From Elusimicrobiota bacterium (lineage in GTDB: Bacteria > Elusimicrobiota > Elusimicrobia > UBA1565 > JACRDR01), in contig JBGFSC010000047.1 of assembly GCA_041694815.1 (NCBI GenBank), positions 64,001 to 128,000 of the forward strand: 64,000 bases of DNA, written 5' to 3'. Made by a program: the position numbers and the translations under genes. Positions 1 through 9,007 of this stretch are shown piece by piece. The notes beneath the pieces are model-generated. The model made no database searches. It was given only the letters and a program-made list of their open reading frames with translations, and had not been told where the DNA came from. Each line of letters begins with the position of its first letter. Positions within the stretch are counted from its first letter, which is position 1.

Positions 1-758
1 CCTAACGCCATCATATCCTCCACGGCGAGGCGGAAGGCCGGGAAATCAAGGAACAGGTAGGGAGAACCGATGAAAAGCGCCGCCGCGAGAAAACCATAGG
101 CCGCGGCCAGGTCACGGAATTTGGCGGCCCCGGCGCGCAGCCGCCGCGACAGGAATGCCGCCAGGGGCAGCGCCCCCAACGGCAGGGCGGTGTATTGCGT
201 CGCGAAGCAGAAGCCGACGAAAGCCCCGCATAGCCACAGGTCCCGCCGCTTTCCGTCGAGGACGAAGCGCAGCGCGAAGGCCCAAGCGCAGGCCGACAGG
301 AAAAAGAGCATCGACTCCGGCTTGCTCGCGTGCGCCGCCTCCACCAGCACCGGCGCGGCGGCCAGGAGCGCTGCCGCCGTCCACGCCGCGGTCCGGCCCC
401 AGGCGCGGCGGCAGCTTGAATAGACGACGGCGATGGCCGCCACGGAAAACGAGGCGGCGAGCACACGCCCGATCAGCACGAAGGAACCCGGATCCCAGGC
501 GAACAGGACGCCGAAATCCCGCACGCTCCTGAGGAGACCAAGGCCGGACCAGATTAGGTAGTAGATGCCGTAGGCGGCGAATAGCACGTACATCCACAAC
601 GTCGGATACTTGAAGAGATGGGGATGGAGGTTGCCGCCGCCGAAGGATACCGCGATGCTGACGAAATGGGGCTCGTCGGCGTTAAAAATCGCGGGAAGGC
701 CGTAATGGATCGCCGTCAGGCGCAGCGCTGCCGCGACGGCGAGGATCGCCCAAAACAT
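1..758 (-). CDS. GT-C fold (ArnT/PMT-like) membrane glycosyltransferase, runs off the left edge
   Basis: Not in the ORF track. Manual translation from ATG 758 gives MFWAILAVAAALRLTAIHYGLPAIFNADEPHFVSIAVSFGGGNLHPHLFKYPTLW..., i.e. TM1 followed by the acidic DE loop and a F-x-Y-P motif typical of GT-C enzymes. Confidence 0.8.
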   Translation of the reverse strand, partial: MFWAILAVAAALRLTAIHYGLPAIFNADEPHFVSIAVSFGGGNLHPHLFKYPTLWMYVLFAAYGIYYLIWSGLGLLRSVRDFGVLFAWDPGSFVLIGRVLAASFSVAAIAVVYSSCRRAWGRTAAWTAAALLAAAPVLVEAAHASKPESMLFFLSACAWAFALRFVLDGKRRDLWLCGAFVGFCFATQYTALPLGALPLAAFLSRRLRAGAAKFRDLAAAYGFLAAALFIGSPYLFLDFPAFRLAVEDMMAL

Positions 759-767
759 GAAGACGTT

Positions 768-777
768 ATTATACAAT
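768..777. promoter_or_regulatory. Overlapping divergent -10 elements (bidirectional promoter)
   Basis: TATAAT on - strand (773..768), 9 nt before ATG 758. TACAAT on + strand (772-777), 6 nt before GTG 784. Both lie in a 25-nt AT-rich gap. Confidence 0.6.
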
Positions 778-783
778 TTGCCC

Positions 784-2064
784 GTGCAACGCCTGGCGGC
801 GGCCGCCGCGCGCATCCCCGAGACGGCCTCTTTCGCCCTGGCCCTGATCCTGCGGCTGGCCTTCGCGGCGGCGTTGGGGCATCGCCTCTATCAGATCGAC
901 GAAGGCGCCTTCGACGCGGCCGCGAGAAGCTTGGCGGCCTCGGGAACCCTCGGCCCTACGCCGACGGTGCTCGCCCCGCTGCCCCCTCTTTTCTTCTCGC
1001 TTTTCTATCGGCTCGCCTCGACCCCCCTGGCCCCCCGCCTGGCCCAAGCCGCGCTCGGGGCGCTGTTCGTGCTCTTGCTGGGCCGGGCGGTCCGGGACAT
1101 CTCCCGCTCCGAGGCGGCGGGGAGAATCGCCGCGGCGCTCGCCGCTATCTACCCCTTTTACGTCTACTATTGCGGGATGCTCATGAGCGAGACCCTTTAT
1201 CTTTTCTTCTCGGTCGCCGGGCTCTGGGCCTTCTGCCGCCTGCTGCGCGGCGGCGGGAGGATGCTCGACGCCTTGGGGGCGGGAGGCGGGCTGGCGGCGG
1301 CTGCCCTCTGCCGCACCGAGGCTGCGCCGATCGCGGTACTCGTGTTCGCCGCGGCCGCGGGATTCTGCGCGCGGCGCCTGCTTTCCCGCAGGCTTTGGGC
1401 CGCGGCGCTTTTCGCCTGGCTGCTGCCGCTGTCCTTATGGTGCGCCCGAAACCGCGCCGAAACCGGGAGATTCACGCTCGATACGCACGGAGGCATCACG
1501 CTGCTGCACGGCACGCTGCTCTTCGAGCATAATGAGATCGATACCGAGGAAGCCATGCGGATTTTTCGCCAAACACCCTTATACCAGGCGACGCGCGGAC
1601 TGCCCGAGGCTGATCAGGACGCGGCCTTCCGGCGCGCGGCTTTCGAGCATATGCTCGAGAACCCGCGCCGCACCCTGGGCCAGTGGGCACGCAAAAGCGT
1701 GAGTTTCTGGCGCTTCTACCCGCGCGTGGATAAGGCCTACGCCCAAAGCCCCACCAGCAAACCGGACATGGGGCTGGGCCGCTGGGCCTTGGTGGCCGTC
1801 AGCCTACTTTTTGAGCCCTGGCTGATATTGCTGGGGGCCTTCGGCTTCTGGGCCCGCGGCCGGAAGGCGGAGTGGCTGCCTTTGTGGCTGTTCGTGCTGG
1901 CCACGATGGGCATACACGTGCTCAGCGTCAGTCAGATGCGTTACCGGCTGGCGGTGACACCCTGGTTGATGCTCGCCTGCGCTACCATGGCCACCAGCGC
2001 TCCCGGCGCGCGGGAGTCGCCAGGGCCGAGTGGAGCGCATCAAGAACGGAAGAGATCTTGGTGA
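784..2064 (+). CDS. GT-C fold (ArnT/PMT-like) membrane glycosyltransferase
   Basis: Polytopic membrane protein with the LRL...YQIDE loop, MSETLY, W..RN and C-terminal RYRL motifs. Start moved from ATG 757 (which overlaps the divergent gene) to in-frame GTG 784. Confidence 0.8.
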   Translation: MQRLAAAAARIPETASFALALILRLAFAAALGHRLYQIDEGAFDAAARSLAASGTLGPTPTVLAPLPPLFFSLFYRLASTPLAPRLAQAALGALFVLLLGRAVRDISRSEAAGRIAAALAAIYPFYVYYCGMLMSETLYLFFSVAGLWAFCRLLRGGGRMLDALGAGGGLAAAALCRTEAAPIAVLVFAAAAGFCARRLLSRRLWAAALFAWLLPLSLWCARNRAETGRFTLDTHGGITLLHGTLLFEHNEIDTEEAMRIFRQTPLYQATRGLPEADQDAAFRRAAFEHMLENPRRTLGQWARKSVSFWRFYPRVDKAYAQSPTSKPDMGLGRWALVAVSLLFEPWLILLGAFGFWARGRKAEWLPLWLFVLATMGIHVLSVSQMRYRLAVTPWLMLACATMATSAPGARESPGPSGAHQERKRSW

Positions 2065-2980
2065 CATCCTCTCCCCGACATCCGTCCTGGGGACAGACCT
2101 TCGACACCATGCAATCGCTGTTGGCATAGCGGTAATCGGGCTCACCGCGCACAAGGACTCCTTCGATCTGCAGCGTCCTGGCGTTGAATACGGCGCTGCC
2201 TGAGTTGCCGTGATAGGTATCCAGATCGGTGACAAAATATCCCCGCGGGGAGGAGTCCCGCACGGAGGCGCCTCCCGATACCTTGGTCGGGATGCCGGAA
2301 GGATGGCCGATGACGAGCAGGGGCGTCCCGTTTTCGATATGCCCGGTTTCGTTGACTCCGAGAGGCGCATGACCCTTCACGGGACGGTCCAAACGAACGA
2401 GCGCCCAATCGGACCCGTCCTCATAGATTCCCGTAAGATAATCGTACTCGTCCCTGCCGTACTGGGGGAAACGGGTGCTGACCAGCCCGGCGCAGCCGTA
2501 GACCTCGCTCAACGGCACGGCCAGAGGGGCGTACCCCCTCTTTTTGATTTCGAAGCCGAACACGAATTTCGTGCGATAGCAGCTGTCTTGCGTCGGCACG
2601 CAATGGCCCGCCGTCAGCACCAGGTCCGGCCCGACCAGCGCGCCGGAGCAGAACGCCCCCGTCGGCTGGTCGAAAAACGGCTCCTCCGAGCATAGCCTGA
2701 ATTCATGCCCGAAGACGTCCGTCTTAAGGAAAGCCCAAAAATCGCCCGGGATCATGGGACTCGAGAATCGGCGCGGGCGTCTCTGCGTCACGTTATCGGC
2801 GTTGAATAAGGCGACCGTCGAATCCGCCAGCCTTCGGATTTCTGGGTCGTCGATCTCGTAGAGGTCCTTGCGGTCATCCTGCCCGTAAATGACGGGCGGC
2901 GGCCTTTTCGGCTCCGAAAGCTCCTGCGCCGAAGCCCCGAAGTCCATCATAAACGCTAATGCCGCAAACAAGGTTCTCAT
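1982..2980 (-). CDS. Secreted trypsin-like (S1) serine protease, copy 4
   Basis: Signal peptide MRTLFAALAF..., then VIYGQDDRKD and catalytic triad motifs LTAGHC / DWALVRLD / DTYHGNSGS. ATG 2980 is 1 nt after the stop of copy 3. Confidence 0.9.
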   Translation of the reverse strand: MRTLFAALAFMMDFGASAQELSEPKRPPPVIYGQDDRKDLYEIDDPEIRRLADSTVALFNADNVTQRRPRRFSSPMIPGDFWAFLKTDVFGHEFRLCSEEPFFDQPTGAFCSGALVGPDLVLTAGHCVPTQDSCYRTKFVFGFEIKKRGYAPLAVPLSEVYGCAGLVSTRFPQYGRDEYDYLTGIYEDGSDWALVRLDRPVKGHAPLGVNETGHIENGTPLLVIGHPSGIPTKVSGGASVRDSSPRGYFVTDLDTYHGNSGSAVFNARTLQIEGVLVRGEPDYRYANSDCMVSKVCPQDGCRGEDVTKISSVLDALHSALATPARRERWWPW

Positions 2981-2981
2981 A

Positions 2982-4001
2982 TCAATCACACATGAGCGCC
3001 TGACCCGTCTCGCAATCGTGATGACAGCCATGGGCGAAATAGGTCTTCGAACCCTCCAGGCACATACGCGGCAGGCCGAGCGCCTCGATGGCCCCCAGCC
3101 GAACCACCCCGATGCCAGTCCCGCCATCCGGGTCGTAGGCCTTGAAGGTCCAGCAGTCCCTGCCGGCGTCATACGCGTAATCGCCGTCGTAGCTAAACGA
3201 GATAATCCCCTCGATTAAACCCGTATTCCGGTTGAACACCCCGCTGCCCGAGTTTCCGTGAAAAGCATCGATCGCCGCCATGAAATGGTTTACTGGGCTG
3301 TCGTCTCGCACCGCTCCATTGTCGGCGATCTTGGTGGGCAGGCCCGAGGGATGGCCGATGACGACGAGCGGCGTGCCGACCGGGATATGCGCGCTGACGT
3401 TCATGCCGATCGGCTCATGGCCTGCGACGGGCCGATCCAAGCGTATGAGCGCGTAATCCTTCTTGACGGCCCAGTCCATTTGGCGCTCGACCAGCTCGGC
3501 GCAATCGTACACCTCCTCGGTCGGCGCGGTCGAGGGGTATTCCCCTTCGCGCCTGACCGCGAAGCCGAATACGAATTTGGTGGCTGCGCATTCCTCCTGG
3601 TCGCGGACGCAATGGCCCGCGGTCAGGATCCGGTCCGGGGCGATCAAGAAACCCGAGCAGAACGGCCCCAGGGGTTGGTCGTAGAAGCGCTCTCCCTGGC
3701 AAAGGGGGTGCCCTTCCCACAACGGAAGCTGATCGTCGGCCGGCAGGTCGGGGTTGAAAACGGGCATGTAAAGCGTAGCCGCGCTGTAGAGCTCCGTCTT
3801 GAGCGCCCACCCACCCTCGATCGGCATCAATTCCTCGGCATCGAAAAGCCCCACCGTGGAGTCGGCCAAGCGCAGCAGCATGGGGTCACGGACTTCATAT
3901 AGGTCCTTGCGATCGTCGACCCCGTAAATCACCTTGGGGGGCCTGGCTTGCGCCGAGGCGGCCAGAATCGCGAGCGCCCCGAGCGCTCCGAAAACCCTCA
4001 C
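2982..4001 (-). CDS. Secreted trypsin-like (S1) serine protease, copy 3, with Cys-rich C-terminal tail
   Basis: GTG 4001 overlaps the upstream TGA. Signal peptide ...ASAQA, then VIYGVDDRKD, LTAGHC, DYALIRLD, DAFHGNSGS. Confidence 0.9.
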   Translation of the reverse strand: MRVFGALGALAILAASAQARPPKVIYGVDDRKDLYEVRDPMLLRLADSTVGLFDAEELMPIEGGWALKTELYSAATLYMPVFNPDLPADDQLPLWEGHPLCQGERFYDQPLGPFCSGFLIAPDRILTAGHCVRDQEECAATKFVFGFAVRREGEYPSTAPTEEVYDCAELVERQMDWAVKKDYALIRLDRPVAGHEPIGMNVSAHIPVGTPLVVIGHPSGLPTKIADNGAVRDDSPVNHFMAAIDAFHGNSGSGVFNRNTGLIEGIISFSYDGDYAYDAGRDCWTFKAYDPDGGTGIGVVRLGAIEALGLPRMCLEGSKTYFAHGCHHDCETGQALMCD

Positions 4002-4912
4002 CACGGCCCCCGATGCGGCCACGGCGGGCTCTGGGGCCATAAGGCGCTGACGGTGGAAGCCCGATTGACCCCGATACCCGAACCCTCCCCCGGCCCGTAC
4101 ACCTTCGCCGCGTAGCACTCGCGGTATTCGTCGAACTCGTAATCGTTGTCGTAGCTAAACGAGATGATACCCTCGATCCAACCCGTGTCGCGGTTGATGA
4201 CGGGGCTGCCGGAATTCCCGTGGAAGGCGTCGACATCCGCCAAAAAATAGCTCGAGATCCCATAGCCCGGCCGCGCGACGCGTACCGTCCCGTTCTCGGC
4301 CACCTTCGCCGGCAGGCCCGAGGGATGGCCGATGACCACCAGTCGAGCGTCGTCCGGTACCACGCCGCCGAGATTAGTCGACAACGACTCACGACCTTGG
4401 ACGCGCCGGTCCAAGCGCACCAGGGCCCAATCGGCCGATTGCACCTCGCTGAAGGCGTGGTCGATGAGCTCCGCGCAACGATACACCTCGGAGCTGGGGA
4501 ACTCGGTGGGATACTCGCCCGCCCGCTTCACGTGGAAGCCGAAGACGAATCTCAGTCCGTCACAGACCGTCTGGGAAGGAACACAATGCCCGGCCGTCAA
4601 AACCAGGGCGGGACCGACCAGCGCCCCGGAGCAATAGGAAGCCGAGGGTTGCTGGTAGAAACGCTCCTTTTGGCATAGGAAGCGCGCGTCTCCGTAGCGA
4701 GTGGCGGTGAAGCCCCAAGCCCCGTCCGGCTTCTGGGTCAAGGCGTCCGCTTGGAAAAGGGCCACGGTCGAGTCCGCCCAGCGCAGGATGCGCGGGTCGC
4801 GGACCTGATACAAATCGAGCCGATCATCCTGTCCGTAAATGACAGGCGGCGGCCCCTTGGGCTCGGCCTCAAGCGGAGCGGCAATAAGGCCCAGCAGCCA
4901 AAGGGGGTTCAT
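3998..4912 (-). CDS. Secreted trypsin-like (S1) serine protease, copy 2
   Basis: Signal peptide MNPLWLLGLIAAPLEA, then VIYGQDDRLD, LTAGHC, DWALVRLD, DAFHGNSGS. ATGA overlap with copy 1. Confidence 0.9.
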   Translation of the reverse strand: MNPLWLLGLIAAPLEAEPKGPPPVIYGQDDRLDLYQVRDPRILRWADSTVALFQADALTQKPDGAWGFTATRYGDARFLCQKERFYQQPSASYCSGALVGPALVLTAGHCVPSQTVCDGLRFVFGFHVKRAGEYPTEFPSSEVYRCAELIDHAFSEVQSADWALVRLDRRVQGRESLSTNLGGVVPDDARLVVIGHPSGLPAKVAENGTVRVARPGYGISSYFLADVDAFHGNSGSPVINRDTGWIEGIISFSYDNDYEFDEYRECYAAKVYGPGEGSGIGVNRASTVSALWPQSPPWPHRGPW

Positions 4913-5979
4913 CGGGGCCGCCCTCGCTGGAAAATCGGGTCGTCGGGGTCGGGTATATAGGGTGCGACAGCAGCGATCTTCGTGGCCCCTTCGCCGCTGC
5001 AGCCGTTTAGGGCACAGGTCTTGACCCGGGCGCAGCGGTCCTCGCCGTACGGGTAGTCATAATCCGACTCACCGTCGACCAAAATTCCCTCCACCTCGAG
5101 CGTCCGGGCGTTGAGGACAGGGCTGCCGGAATTGCCGTGGAAGCTGTCGAGGGTGGTCGTGAAGCGGTTTAGGTCCTGCACGTCCCGTGCGACAGCGTTG
5201 CCGGCGATCTTGGTCGGCAGGCCAGCCGGATGGCCGATGATGAGTATGGGGGCTCCGGGTTCGATGTAACCCGTCCGGTTGATCCTCAGCGGCGCATGGT
5301 CCGGGACCGAGCGGTCCAGGCGGATCAGCGCCCAGTCGGGCAGGGATGCCGGCTGGGGCGGCGTGGGGTCGGGATACGGCTCTATCTTGCGGCGTGTCGG
5401 GCTGTAGGTCCCGCCGCCGAAGCCGCCGCCAGTGACCGGGCCTTCCACATAACCGCGCGCGACGACGGAGCGGCAGGCGTAGACCTGGTCGCCCGGCGCG
5501 CCGCGGGGGTATTCCCCCTCCTTCTTAACGCTGAACCCGAATACGAAACGGATCATCTCGCAGGCCGCTTCGGAGGCGACGCAATGCCCCGCCGTCAGTA
5601 CCAGGTCCGGGGCCACGAGAAAGCCGGAGCAGAAGGGACCCACCGGCTGATCGGCAAAGCGCTCCCCTTCGCAGAGGAAGGCGTAATCCCGATATACGCG
5701 CGTATCTAGGTCGAACCAGTCGACGTAACCTGGGTCCAGGCGCGGGGTGCGGTCATCGGCGGGCGCCTTCCAGCGGCGCACGTTATAGGTCCAAAAAAGC
5801 CCGACCGTCGAATCCGCCAGGCGGCGAAGCGCCGGGTCTTCTATTTCGTAAAGGTCTTTACGATCGTCTTGCCCGTATATGGTCGGCCCGGGCCGGGACG
5901 GCGGGGCCCCGGTCGGGGCGCTATATAAAGGAGAGCCTGCCAATAAAAAGGCTAGCGCGCGCAGGATAGGGGGGGGCAC
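4909..5979 (-). CDS. Secreted trypsin-like (S1) serine protease, copy 1
   Basis: Signal peptide, TIYGQDDRKD, LTAGHC, DWALIRLD, DSFHGNSGS. Gly/Pro-rich insertion just before the catalytic Asp. Confidence 0.9.
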   Translation of the reverse strand: MPPPILRALAFLLAGSPLYSAPTGAPPSRPGPTIYGQDDRKDLYEIEDPALRRLADSTVGLFWTYNVRRWKAPADDRTPRLDPGYVDWFDLDTRVYRDYAFLCEGERFADQPVGPFCSGFLVAPDLVLTAGHCVASEAACEMIRFVFGFSVKKEGEYPRGAPGDQVYACRSVVARGYVEGPVTGGGFGGGTYSPTRRKIEPYPDPTPPQPASLPDWALIRLDRSVPDHAPLRINRTGYIEPGAPILIIGHPAGLPTKIAGNAVARDVQDLNRFTTTLDSFHGNSGSPVLNARTLEVEGILVDGESDYDYPYGEDRCARVKTCALNGCSGEGATKIAAVAPYIPDPDDPIFQRGRPR

Positions 5980-5985
5980 CTCCCG

Positions 5986-6014
5986 AGTATAGACCCGGTT
6001 CCGCTATGGCGCAA
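5986..6014 (-). promoter_or_regulatory. Sigma70-type promoter of the protease operon, probably leaderless
   Basis: TTGCGC (6014..6009), 17-nt spacer, TATACT (5991..5986), 6 nt, then GTG 5979. Confidence 0.6.
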
Positions 6015-6039
6015 GGCCCATTCTCGCGAGAAACCTAGA

Positions 6040-6064
6040 ACTCGTCGCGCGAAGCGCGACGAGT
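6040..6064. repeat. Perfect 11-bp hairpin (possible terminator or stabiliser)
   Basis: ACTCGTCGCGC-GAA-GCGCGACGAGT lies downstream of the PorV-like stop. No clear U-tract follows. A second palindrome TTCTCGCGAGAA is at 6021-6032. Confidence 0.55.
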
Positions 6065-6107
6065 CACGCGCCCGAGGCGCGTAAAAGCCGCCGTTCAGAC
6101 TCGAGGA

Positions 6108-7151
6108 CTACTCGTCCAAGCTGAACGCCTTGATACCGGCCGGGTCGCGCTTTTGCGCGAGGAAGCGCAGGTTCACGCTGAACCAATGCGTGTTGTAGAG
6201 GGAATCGATGCTGTACTGGAAGGCGTAGTCGATCGAGATGCCGGCCGAGCGCGTATCCCACGCGTAGCCGAAGCCCGCGGTCGGGTCGTAGGCGTTGGCG
6301 CCGGCTCGCAGCCAGAACCCCTTGTAAGCCTTCCACTCCCCGCCCAGGTGCACCTTTAGGTTCTGGTCCCGCGCCTTGACGAAGTCCAGGGCAAGGCTCC
6401 ATTTCGGATTCGGCGAATAGGCGGTCCCTAACACGTACTTGGTCGTGACCGGCTCGCTGTAGCTATACTCCGCGCCGATATTATCGTCGCTCAATTTCCA
6501 GTCCAGCGCGCCGCTCAGGTCACGGACCAAGAAACCTAGGTCGAATTTTCCCCACCGCGTCTGCGGCAGACGGTAAATCGCCCCGACGTCGAAGGAATTG
6601 CCGTCGGCGGAGGCGGCGTGCAGTTTCTGCGTCAGGATCTTGCCCGTGAACCCGACTGAAAAATTCTCGATCGCCTGCAGGCCCAGCGAGAAATAGTAGG
6701 CGTGCTCGGAGTTCTCGAAGTTGCTTTGCGGCTGGCCGAACTCGCTGCGTCCCTCGATGTTCTTGGTGGCGAAGGAGGCGAGGCCCCCTGCCAGCGCGAT
6801 GTAGATGCTCTGGGAGCCTTGGCGGAAATCCCAACCCTCGTGCCGGATCGTCCAAGGCAGCAGGTAGCCGACGAAGTACAGCGACCGGTCGATTCCGAGC
6901 ACGCCGGAATTCGTCGCCAAGGAATGGGCGGGCACGAAGGTCATCAGCCCGGGGTTGGCGAGCAAAGCCGTCGCGTCCATGGGCTCCAGTGCGGCGCGGG
7001 CCTGGCCCATGGCGATGGCCCTCGCCCCGGCGACCAGGTCAAGGTAGGCCGCAGCCCCCTTGGCGTACCCGGAATCCTCGGCAAGAGCGGTGCCGGCGGA
7101 CAGCAAAAGAACCGCGGACGCGGCGGCAAGTCCTTTCAACGCCCGACCCAT
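6108..7151 (-). CDS. PorV/PorQ-family (FadL-like) outer-membrane beta-barrel
   Basis: Signal peptide ...GTALA, then AAAYLDLVAGARAIAMGQA...ALLANPG, the N-terminal signature of PorV/PorQ-family proteins. Alternating beta-strands end in IDYAF...HWFSVNLRF. Confidence 0.8.
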   Translation of the reverse strand: MGRALKGLAAASAVLLLSAGTALAEDSGYAKGAAAYLDLVAGARAIAMGQARAALEPMDATALLANPGLMTFVPAHSLATNSGVLGIDRSLYFVGYLLPWTIRHEGWDFRQGSQSIYIALAGGLASFATKNIEGRSEFGQPQSNFENSEHAYYFSLGLQAIENFSVGFTGKILTQKLHAASADGNSFDVGAIYRLPQTRWGKFDLGFLVRDLSGALDWKLSDDNIGAEYSYSEPVTTKYVLGTAYSPNPKWSLALDFVKARDQNLKVHLGGEWKAYKGFWLRAGANAYDPTAGFGYAWDTRSAGISIDYAFQYSIDSLYNTHWFSVNLRFLAQKRDPAGIKAFSLDE

Positions 7152-8962
7152 TTGAGCACCGCGATCTTGCCGGTAGCCGAACGCTCGCCCATGCTGACGC
7201 GGTAGAGGTAGACCCCGTTGGCGACGTCCGCGATCGGCCAATTCACTTCCTGCCAGCCGGCGCCCGGGGCATTGACGCTCAGGGTTCGGATGGCGCGGCC
7301 CGCGGTAGTAAAGAGCTGGATCTCGGCGGAGCCGGCGGACTCGGCGTAAAAGGTTATTTTGGCGCTTCCCTGATGCACGGGATTCGGGTAGGAAAAGCTC
7401 TGTAATTGATTGCCGGCCGAGAGGACGGAAGGGTTCGTCGAGGCTCCTGCCTCAGTCGTGTCCGTCACGATGGCCTGGAAGTAGGAGTCGGCGCGCCCGG
7501 CCGCGACGATCCGGACGGTGTAGGTCCCAGCGGGGAGGCTGCCCACCGCGTAGGTCCCGTCGGTCTGCGTCGTGGCGGCGCCGATCTGCACGCCTCCGTT
7601 GAGCACCGTCACCGCGGCGCCGGCGATGGGGACGCCGTAGATGTCTGTCGCCTGGCCGTAGACCGCGTTGGGAATATTGGTGAGGAAAACGTTGCGTAGC
7701 ACGTTCACGGAGCTGGCTCCTACCTGCGTAATCACACTGAAAGTCTGAGTACCCAGGTTGCGGCCCACGGCCTTCACCCTCCAGTCCACCTCGGCGGTGG
7801 CCGAGGACGCCACCACTCCGCTGCCGGCGACTACCTCGATCGGCTTGGTGGCCGTCTCGCCCGTATCCAAGGAGAAGCCCGGCCTAAGGCGCAGCGTGGC
7901 CTGCGCGCCTGAAACGGCCGAAGCGGTGACGTTCGAGAAGAAAGCCGATACGACGAAGGGGGATGGATGATACACGTACGAATTCCCCTGCACCTCGCCC
8001 GTGAGTTCGGCCGGGGCAAACAGCCCTATCTGGAAAGGCGACCAGTTCTGGAAGGTGTAATCCCCCAGCCCATAGAGGATGGCGAAGCTGGTGGTGCCCC
8101 CCGGCAGGAGATTGATCGCCTTGGCGTCTGGATACCCCCACCAAACGATCACCGAACTGTCGCTGTCGGGGCTGGATCCGGAGATCTTGCCGTCGTTGTT
8201 GTTGTCGAGGAAGGAGCGCGTGGGATCGACCGTATAATCCCAAGCGCCGCTCGAGATGGGCCAGTAACCGAATACCAGCCGATCCGGAGTCTTGTAGCCG
8301 ATATTATTAAAGGTAAACAGCCCGATCGCCGTCGGGTTGGCCAGGCTGTCGAAAACGAGGGTCGTCAATGGGATGCTGCTGACGTTCACGGTGGCCGGGT
8401 CGTTGTCGAACTGCCTGTCCTTGGTGATCTCCCCTACGAAAGGGACCCGGAAAGGCGCGCCGTCGTTGGATCCCAGCATCGTGTCGAGCTGCACGCGCAG
8501 GCCGACGTTGTGGGCGACGCTATCGAGATTAGTCAATTGGTAGAAGATCTCCACCGTATCCTGGTTCCGGGTGCCCCTAGACTTAACGATGCTTAAGCGC
8601 TCGGTGACGCGGATATTCGCCGTCGTGATGTTCACCGTGCCGACCATGCCGCTCAAGATCGCGCCGGTGCTCGAGCCGGTATGGATGGAGTAGGAGGTCG
8701 CGTCCACACGGAGCATCGTGTCGCTCGTCGAGGCGCCGGGGTGCCCGAAGAGCAGCTTGCGCCCCGCCCCGTCGCCGATGGTGAATTTGCCGTCGTCCTT
8801 GAGCGTGACCTGAATGAAAGAGTTATTGTTGGTGACTGTGGCGGCCGGGGCGAAGGCGGTCCGCGCCGATTGCGTCGCGTAGGACGACTTGGATTGGACG
8901 GGAGCGTTTTGGGCCCAAAGAGGCGACGCGCAGAGCAGCCAAAGCACGGGAGCCGGTCGCAT
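7136..8962 (-). CDS. Secreted beta-rich protein with carboxypeptidase-regulatory-like domain and T9SS type A / FlgD-Ig-like C-terminal domain
   Basis: Signal peptide MRPAPVLWLLCASPLWA. The segment G.PIAGAAVTV...TT..DGTY...LPAGTYTVRI fits the regulatory-like fold. The C-terminus reads SYPNP...IQLFTTAGRAIRTL...VANGVYLYRV...GKIAVLK. Confidence 0.75.
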   Translation of the reverse strand: MRPAPVLWLLCASPLWAQNAPVQSKSSYATQSARTAFAPAATVTNNNSFIQVTLKDDGKFTIGDGAGRKLLFGHPGASTSDTMLRVDATSYSIHTGSSTGAILSGMVGTVNITTANIRVTERLSIVKSRGTRNQDTVEIFYQLTNLDSVAHNVGLRVQLDTMLGSNDGAPFRVPFVGEITKDRQFDNDPATVNVSSIPLTTLVFDSLANPTAIGLFTFNNIGYKTPDRLVFGYWPISSGAWDYTVDPTRSFLDNNNDGKISGSSPDSDSSVIVWWGYPDAKAINLLPGGTTSFAILYGLGDYTFQNWSPFQIGLFAPAELTGEVQGNSYVYHPSPFVVSAFFSNVTASAVSGAQATLRLRPGFSLDTGETATKPIEVVAGSGVVASSATAEVDWRVKAVGRNLGTQTFSVITQVGASSVNVLRNVFLTNIPNAVYGQATDIYGVPIAGAAVTVLNGGVQIGAATTQTDGTYAVGSLPAGTYTVRIVAAGRADSYFQAIVTDTTEAGASTNPSVLSAGNQLQSFSYPNPVHQGSAKITFYAESAGSAEIQLFTTAGRAIRTLSVNAPGAGWQEVNWPIADVANGVYLYRVSMGERSATGKIAVLKWVGR

Positions 8963-9007
8963 GCCGCTAATACGTAACAGGAACTTCAAAAAAATGCAAT
9001 ACATTCT

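Noticed and set aside
5969..5976. G8/C8 tracts (start of protease 1; also 19802-19809 and about 41311-41318) as phase-variation sites
   Set aside because: Eight-base runs are unremarkable at this GC content and all affected ORFs are in frame. Read-level length variation would be needed.
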